From an uncultured delta proteobacterium (lineage in GTDB: Bacteria > Desulfobacterota > Desulfobacteria > Desulfobacterales > B30-G6): a stretch of DNA of 64,000 bases. Both the position numbers and the translations under genes were made by a program. This document shows, piece after piece, positions 58,752 to 64,000 of this stretch. The stretch is from assembly GCA_963823335.1 (NCBI GenBank), contig CAWGLD010000001.1:32001-96000 (forward strand), written 5' to 3'. The stretch's first letter is position 1; each line of letters opens with the position of its first letter. Below the pieces are notes generated by a model, which was not told the origin of the DNA, ran no database searches, and saw nothing but the letters and a program-made list of their open reading frames with translations.

Positions 58752-58890
58752 AAATATAGAAATACAAATAGGACATTTATGTGGGGCCAGAAATAGCCTT
58801 GCTTTTTTTGTGGATTTCTCCAACCTATTCACACTTTTACAGGTGTTTGAAAACCTGTGATAACACCATGCCAGAGCATCTTCACCACAA

Positions 58891-59079
58891 TCAAGCATAA
58901 TATCCCATGAACTCTCCACACCGGTCATTGAAAAATTCCATCGCCTCATCAACGGTGTCAAAGATTATCCAATCATGCCGTATGGTCTTTTCACCCTGTT
59001 TGCGAATCCGTTCGATCTCAGTGTTCCCGAAATATTCAAAATGGTCATGATACTCTGTGTACAGCTCATGTTTCCGCAT
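58891..59079 (-). CDS. Small hypothetical protein
   Basis: GGGAGGG RBS; 62 aa. Confidence 0.6.
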   Translation of the reverse strand: MRKHELYTEYHDHFEYFGNTEIERIRKQGEKTIRHDWIIFDTVDEAMEFFNDRCGEFMGYYA

Positions 59080-59234
59080 TTTGATGCCCTCCCTTTATTA
59101 AAAGAACGCCGTTTCATCATGTTTTGGAAGGCAGATTAACACATGCGTTTGACAGATCCGGTCACACTGTTGTAAATATTTTCAAATATTTTCCATCCGA
59201 CTCAAAGCGAACATTTCCCAAAGACAGGATCCCC

Positions 59235-59510
59235 ATGAACAAACTCGACCTCATCAAGACCCTCAACACCACCACTGATATTTCCAAAATTGAAGCAACA
59301 AAGATTGTAAACCTGTTTTTCGAACAGATGGCCACCGCACTCGAAAAGGGTGATCGGGTTGAAATCCGGGGATTGTGCTCTTTTTATACCAAGGAATATG
59401 AGGGGTACACCGGCCGGAATCCGAAAACTAGGGAAACGATCGAGATTGCGCCGAAGAGACTGCCGTTTTTTAAATGTGGGAAGGGGTTGAGGGAGCGGGT
59501 GGATAAATGA
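59235..59510 (+). CDS. ihfB: Integration host factor beta / HU family protein
   Basis: MNKLDLI, GDRVEIRG, GRNPKT, PFFKCGK.LRERV. Confidence 0.85.
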   Translation: MNKLDLIKTLNTTTDISKIEATKIVNLFFEQMATALEKGDRVEIRGLCSFYTKEYEGYTGRNPKTRETIEIAPKRLPFFKCGKGLRERVDK

Positions 59511-59659
59511 TGGCGGCTAAAATTATAGGCGTTATATTTGGCCCCTTGGCAGTGGGAATCTTTGCCTGGAAATTCAAAGAGATCCCACTGTGCCGACCGT
59601 GAATTATATTGCCTCTGGGTTTTGGCGTCGGGTACGCTGTTTATTGGGTATTAAAAAAA

Positions 59660-59778
59660 TTGAACCGCAATAGCGAGCGCATTCCCCGTAGCTTGCTGCG
59701 GGGTTAGCGAGCGAATCTAAATTAGACAGAATTCCTTACGGTCGAAGATTCCTCGCAGCTTGCTGCGAGGTTCTTCAA
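59660..59778 (+). mobile_element. Non-autonomous IS200/IS605-type mini-element (longest copy)
   Basis: Two related subterminal hairpins CCCCGTAGCTTGCTGCGGGG and CCTCGCAGCTTGCTGCGAGG; begins at TTGAA and ends in TTCAA; no ORF. Confidence 0.75.
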
Positions 59779-60058
59779 TTCAGCGATGATTTTGTGAGGA
59801 TCATCCCGGATCACCACCAGTTCGATTTGGGTCTGAGAAAAATTGATAAAAAGGATATTGAGCAAGCAAAGACCTTTCTCAATAGAATGAATTTTGACAA
59901 TCGTTTTGAAATAAGAGATGTCTAATAATAGTATGAAGATGAACGGACTTTCACTCAATATGGTGTAGTCTCAATTTTTATGACGGGATGGTTCGACTTG
60001 GCACTCCGATTGCGTGTCGAATGACCAAATATTTTTTTGGGCAAAAGGAGAATGACGG

Positions 60059-61279
60059 ATGCGTACGATTTATTTTGAGAAAAGTATTCCTAAAATACTG
60101 CTTTCCAAAGTTCTGCAGCCGATTTGGCCGGCGGTGGTTTATTCGCGCTTATCCCCCACCCGCTTCACGGATGTACCAGAGACACCTTTGCCCGGCCCCA
60201 GTTGGGTAAGAATGCGCAATCAGTTGTGCGGCATCTGTGCCAGTGACCTGCACCTGCTCTTCGTCAATGCCGATCCAAGGATAAGCCCCGCTGCTCTTCC
60301 AGGCACCGAACGCATATACCTGGGTCACGAGGTGCTTAGCGAAGTGACTGAGGTGGGGACGGGTGTGACCACTCTGAAGGTAGGAGACCGCGTGATTTTA
60401 GACCACCCGGAAACCAACTGCCTAAACCAGGAGATCAAGCCGCTTTGTCGCCACTGCCGCGAAGGTAATCCCACACTTTGTGAAAATTCCTCTCTAGGGT
60501 TAAGCCTCGGAGGTATGGGCGGCGGCTGGGGGGACGGCTTCACCGCCCATGAAACCGGAGTCCATAAAGTGCCAGATGAGTTGGATGACGAGACCGCTAT
60601 GATGCTCGAGCCACTTTCAGTGGGTGTGCGTGCTGCGCTGCGCTGTTTGCCTGAGCCGGACCAGGGCGTTTTGGTGGTAGGCAGCGGCATGATAGGCCTT
60701 GCGGTTATCGAGGCCGTTCGAGCTCTTTCCCCTGACTGTCACATCGCCGCGATGGCCCGCTACCCCCAGCAAGTCGAGATGGCCCGAAAGCTCGGCGCTG
60801 ATGAAGTCATCATGCAAGAAGATCCCTATATAGCATCCGCCCGCATTACTTCCGGCAAGCTTTACACTGGCAAATTCAAAAACCGTATGATCCTGGGTGG
60901 CTTCGATGTGGTCTATGATTGCGTAGGTTCAGAGAAGACAGTTAAAGACAGTCTTCGCTGGACCCGGGCCGGTGGCACCGTGGTGCTGGCCGGTGTCAGC
61001 TTGAAACCCATGCATGTAGATCTAACCCCTATCTGGTATCAGGAAGTCGGACTGATCGGCCTGTATGCTCACGGCATGGAGAATTGGAATGGGGTTAGGC
61101 AATCCACCTATGACCTAACGACGGACTTGCTGTTGAAAAAGAAACTTTTCATCGATGGATTGATCACCCATCGCTTCCCGTTAGAGCAATGGCGCATGGC
61201 TGCTCGTACGGCAAAAGACAAACGCAGCGGCGCCATCAAGGTAATTTTGGACTTTCGCGATACAAGGTTACAGCATTGA
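60059..61279 (+). CDS. Zn-dependent medium-chain dehydrogenase
   Basis: GICASD, GHE, structural Cys cluster, GSGMIG, ITHRFPLE. Confidence 0.92.
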   Translation: MRTIYFEKSIPKILLSKVLQPIWPAVVYSRLSPTRFTDVPETPLPGPSWVRMRNQLCGICASDLHLLFVNADPRISPAALPGTERIYLGHEVLSEVTEVGTGVTTLKVGDRVILDHPETNCLNQEIKPLCRHCREGNPTLCENSSLGLSLGGMGGGWGDGFTAHETGVHKVPDELDDETAMMLEPLSVGVRAALRCLPEPDQGVLVVGSGMIGLAVIEAVRALSPDCHIAAMARYPQQVEMARKLGADEVIMQEDPYIASARITSGKLYTGKFKNRMILGGFDVVYDCVGSEKTVKDSLRWTRAGGTVVLAGVSLKPMHVDLTPIWYQEVGLIGLYAHGMENWNGVRQSTYDLTTDLLLKKKLFIDGLITHRFPLEQWRMAARTAKDKRSGAIKVILDFRDTRLQH

Positions 61280-61296
61280 TTTTATTATGATCTTTT

Positions 61297-61329
61297 GAAT
61301 GCCCCGTCTACTTGCGGTGGGGAGATTCA
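61297..61329 (+). repeat. Isolated IS200/IS605-like right-end hairpin
   Basis: GAATGCCCCGTCTACTTGCGGTGGGGAGATTCA. Confidence 0.45.
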
Positions 61330-61482
61330 TTTCCAATAAGTAACAAAAAAGAATTGATATAAGCGTGCAGACGTTGATCCATGTATCACTGCTTGATTCC
61401 TCACTGGGATAATGGCAAATGTTATGTAATCAGGTATTAGACCATGGGAAATAAACCTTTGAAGGTATGAGGGCTATCAGTT

Positions 61483-61620
61483 ATGAGCGATACACATGAT
61501 TTAAGCACATATCTTGAACCTACCTATTTTATTGATAGCGACTCACCGACAATAATAGAATATGCAGGCGGGATCTGCCGTGGGATTTACTCTAATATAG
61601 ATAGAGCTATTGCTTTATGA
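61483..61620 (+). pseudogene. N-terminal remnant of a transglutaminase-like protein
   Basis: YLEPTYFIDSDSPTIIEYA...RAIAL*. Confidence 0.55.
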
Positions 61621-62002
61621 CACTATATATGGAGCGTTGAGGCGATATTATCCTAAAATCTTTGCACTGAATGTAAACATGGATGCCGAAACATTTTAAT
61701 CATGTATCAATTTCATAACTCTCTCTAATCACATAATTTTCATGTTATATCATCTTCAAATCCTATTCCAAAAGGTGATCTAATGCCCTCAGACCAAGAT
61801 AAAGTCAGATGACCACAAGTATTTCTTTATTGAATTATACGCAGATAGGAATGACAATATTTGTATCCATGTTGACAAAAAATGTCATTGTCTCTTTAAC
61901 ATGATCTGGCTAACCAAATAATATATTGAATTTAAACGATATATTTATTTATACAAGTTTGCATGATCTTTGCAAAGATTTATTCATTGTAATTTAAATA
62001 CA

Positions 62003-62086
62003 GTTGAAAATGGCAAAACCGCCGAAAGTCGGTGACGCAAAACTACGGGTCTAAAGCTTTGATGCCACGATCGCCGGGTTACCAAC
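62003..62086 (+). ncRNA. c-di-GMP-I (GEMM) riboswitch 3
   Basis: GGCAAAACCGCCGAAAGTCGGTGACGCAAAACTACGGGTCTAA...ACGATCGCCGGGTTACC. Confidence 0.9.
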
Positions 62087-62094
62087 GAGACTAT

Positions 62095-62132
62095 GACGCC
62101 TCTTGGTTGGCATGCGGGAGGCGTTTTTATTT
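62095..62132 (+). terminator. Intrinsic terminator of riboswitch 3
   Basis: GACGCCTCTTG...CGGGAGGCGTT stem followed by TTTATTT. Confidence 0.8.
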
Positions 62133-62184
62133 ATCCGAAACTATGAACTTGCTTAATCGAATGAACTAAAAGGAGGCAACAATC

Positions 62185-62505
62185 ATGAAAAACACAATAT
62201 TAATCAATTTTCTTGTTATCTTTTTTTCTGCTTTGCTTTATCAACCAACATTTGGATTTGGTGATACAATTCACATAGACGCTGAAGGCAATACCATTGA
62301 TAAAGCAACGTATGAACTGATTGCATCGAAAAGAGAAAACATTTTAGGCATAAAATTAAGAAATGGTTATAATTTAAAATCTAATGCCTGGAAAGATCCT
62401 ATCAAATTAAGAAAAATAAGAATTGAACAGTGGAAAAACATGCGAGCGATGTACAATCCTGACTCGCTGCCCTCGATAATAGAACACAAGGCGGTAACCC
62501 GTTAA
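62185..62505 (+). CDS. Hypothetical exported protein
   Basis: AAGGAGG RBS, signal peptide. Confidence 0.75.
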   Translation: MKNTILINFLVIFFSALLYQPTFGFGDTIHIDAEGNTIDKATYELIASKRENILGIKLRNGYNLKSNAWKDPIKLRKIRIEQWKNMRAMYNPDSLPSIIEHKAVTR

Positions 62506-62724
62506 TATATGCAGGCGGTATAAAAAATAAGATTAACGCCTTTCATCAGGTTCATCAGTGTAAGAGGGTTATGGCAACAGGGGGCGGTCAACCCGCTTAA
62601 CTGAAAAGGAGATGGCATGTTCAAGCACAATAATAATGCACTAGTCGCAAAAGATAAAAACAACACAACCCGCTCGGAAGTGAAACCCGAGAAAACATTG
62701 GTTCAACTGGTAAGGGAGTGTGTA

Positions 62725-63165
62725 ATGAAACTGTCTAAAATCAATTTGAGTGTTTTGATAGTACTATTAGCTTTTGTATCGGTATCCGTAGCAGGTGATT
62801 TTGACTGGATGAAAGATTTTAGTATCAAAGCTGAAGCAGATCCTTCAGGCTTTAAAGCAAGACTTTCTTCACGCTTTAAAATAGGGAATGCGGAAATCAA
62901 TGCCGTACTCAGCAATGTTGATAATTCTGCTGACGCTTACATGATACTTCGTTTTGGGGAAATGTCGGGTCAACCTACACAAAATATCATTAGAAAATAC
63001 AAATCTGGAAAAGGCAAAGGTTGGGGGGTGCTTGCGAAAAGTTTAGGTATTAAACCTGGCTCAAAAGAGTTCAAAGCACTCAAAAATGGTGAAGAATTTA
63101 AAGAAAAACGATATACTGATAAAATAAAAAATAAAGAGAAAAAGGGAAATAATAAAAGAGGCTAA
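62725..63165 (+). CDS. Hypothetical exported helical protein
   Basis: GGGAG RBS, signal peptide, GKGWGVLAKSLGIKPGSKEF motif, basic tail. Confidence 0.75.
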   Translation: MKLSKINLSVLIVLLAFVSVSVAGDFDWMKDFSIKAEADPSGFKARLSSRFKIGNAEINAVLSNVDNSADAYMILRFGEMSGQPTQNIIRKYKSGKGKGWGVLAKSLGIKPGSKEFKALKNGEEFKEKRYTDKIKNKEKKGNNKRG

Positions 63166-63233
63166 AAATTATTTTATAGCTCTGTTATAGATTTTTTACT
63201 ATAAAATAAATTAGCTATAATTTAGGGGGTCAT

Positions 63234-64000
63234 ATGAGGGTTTCAAAGATTGTAATTTTAATTTGTTCTATCTCTATTTCGTTATTCTTAATAGCTTGTG
63301 ACGGAGGAGGTGGATCAAGTAGTTCAACGGGCTCAGGGGTTGTAGCTATGTCTGTCACTGATGCCAAACCATTGTTACCAGAAAATGTGACCAATCTATT
63401 TGTTGAATTTTCTGGTGTGTGGGTTCATAAGCCAGGTGGGGGTTGGATTGAATTAGACTTGATTGAAGATCATTATTCTATTGATTTACTCCAATTTCAG
63501 GAAGGTTATACCACTGAACTAGTCCCACCTACAATTCTTCAATCCGGCAAATACACTCAAGTGCGGATTGAGGTAAGTAAGGCAACGATGAGATGCAAAA
63601 ATGAAGATGGATCTACAGAGGATAAGACACTTGAAATTCCAAGTGACAACTTGAAGACAGACAAAAATTTCACCATCGATTTAGGAGACGGGTCCGCTAT
63701 AGATCTCGTCATCCATTTTGACTTAAGCATGTCTGTCGTAGTATCGGGTACCGCACCAGATCTGACATATAAACTTAAACCGGTTCTACATCTCTTCGAT
63801 GATCCCATTAAGGCCGCTATCATTGAAGGAGAGATAGACAAATCCTCTTTTAATGATGCTGAAAACGAAGCAACTGTTGTTGTAGAAAGCAATGAAGGAA
63901 TATACACACAGGTCGTGATTTCACAATCATCTACAGAAGACCCAACAAAATACAGTATCTTTTGGATCGTCCCCAATCAAGAGTACACCGTGAAGATTGA
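63234..64000 (+). CDS. DUF4382-like lipoprotein (runs off the window edge; not in ORF track)
   Basis: MRVSKIVIL...LIAC lipobox, VTDA, VWVH, IDLL, GKYTQVRI. Confidence 0.8.
   Translation, partial: MRVSKIVILICSISISLFLIACDGGGGSSSSTGSGVVAMSVTDAKPLLPENVTNLFVEFSGVWVHKPGGGWIELDLIEDHYSIDLLQFQEGYTTELVPPTILQSGKYTQVRIEVSKATMRCKNEDGSTEDKTLEIPSDNLKTDKNFTIDLGDGSAIDLVIHFDLSMSVVVSGTAPDLTYKLKPVLHLFDDPIKAAIIEGEIDKSSFNDAENEATVVVESNEGIYTQVVISQSSTEDPTKYSIFWIVPNQEYTVKI

Noticed and set aside
59507-59706. Small two-helix ORF after the IHF gene with an internal TGA
   Set aside because: More simply a nonsense-mutated or spurious ORF running into a mini-element; no recoding signal seen
61873-61974. TGACA-N5-TGTCA dyad and TTGCATGATCTTTGCA as a sigma54 promoter for riboswitch 3
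   Set aside because: The invariant GG at -24 is TG; suggestive but not supportable
56362-62086. Riboswitches as cGAMP-sensing GEMM-Ib variants
   Set aside because: All three have G, not A, at the discriminating position (GGCAAA)

Overview
Chromosomal window that looks like it comes from a sulfate-reducing deltaproteobacterium (Desulfobacterales-like; inferred from gene content, not a database search). No rRNA, tRNA, CRISPR array or intact transposase/integrase was seen. (1) 1-17 kb: a large signalling and transport cluster of two paralogous minus-strand operons, each beginning receiver - dCache-type kinase - receiver - SLC13/DASS permease. Each has a consensus sigma54 promoter and a shared upstream motif at the same distance. 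They flank a kinase/NtrC-type activator pair and a MOT1-type anion transporter. Two genes here are frameshifted. (2) 17-21 kb: DUF1538 pair, PII-like protein and ribosomal protein S1. (3) 21-28.5 kb: a Rieske/cytochrome b operon with two EbdC/DOMON-type heme proteins instead of cytochrome c1, preceded by ColR-type boxes and a ColR/ColS-like two-component pair. This is the best candidate for an undescribed system. (4) 28.5-52.5 kb: mostly ordinary genes (DUF87 ATPase, hemolysin III, DsrE-like triad, MATE, HdrC-like, TrkA/TrkH, SlyD, lytic transglycosylase, M20 hydrolase, RhlB, Fe-S proteins, acyl-CoA dehydrogenase, RecQ). (5) 53-64 kb: an AT-richer accessory region with three c-di-GMP-I riboswitches upstream of exported proteins and a 60-aa protein carrying a c-di-GMP-binding-type arginine motif. 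At least six families of small non-autonomous elements occupy the intergenic spaces. All product calls are from motif recognition by eye.
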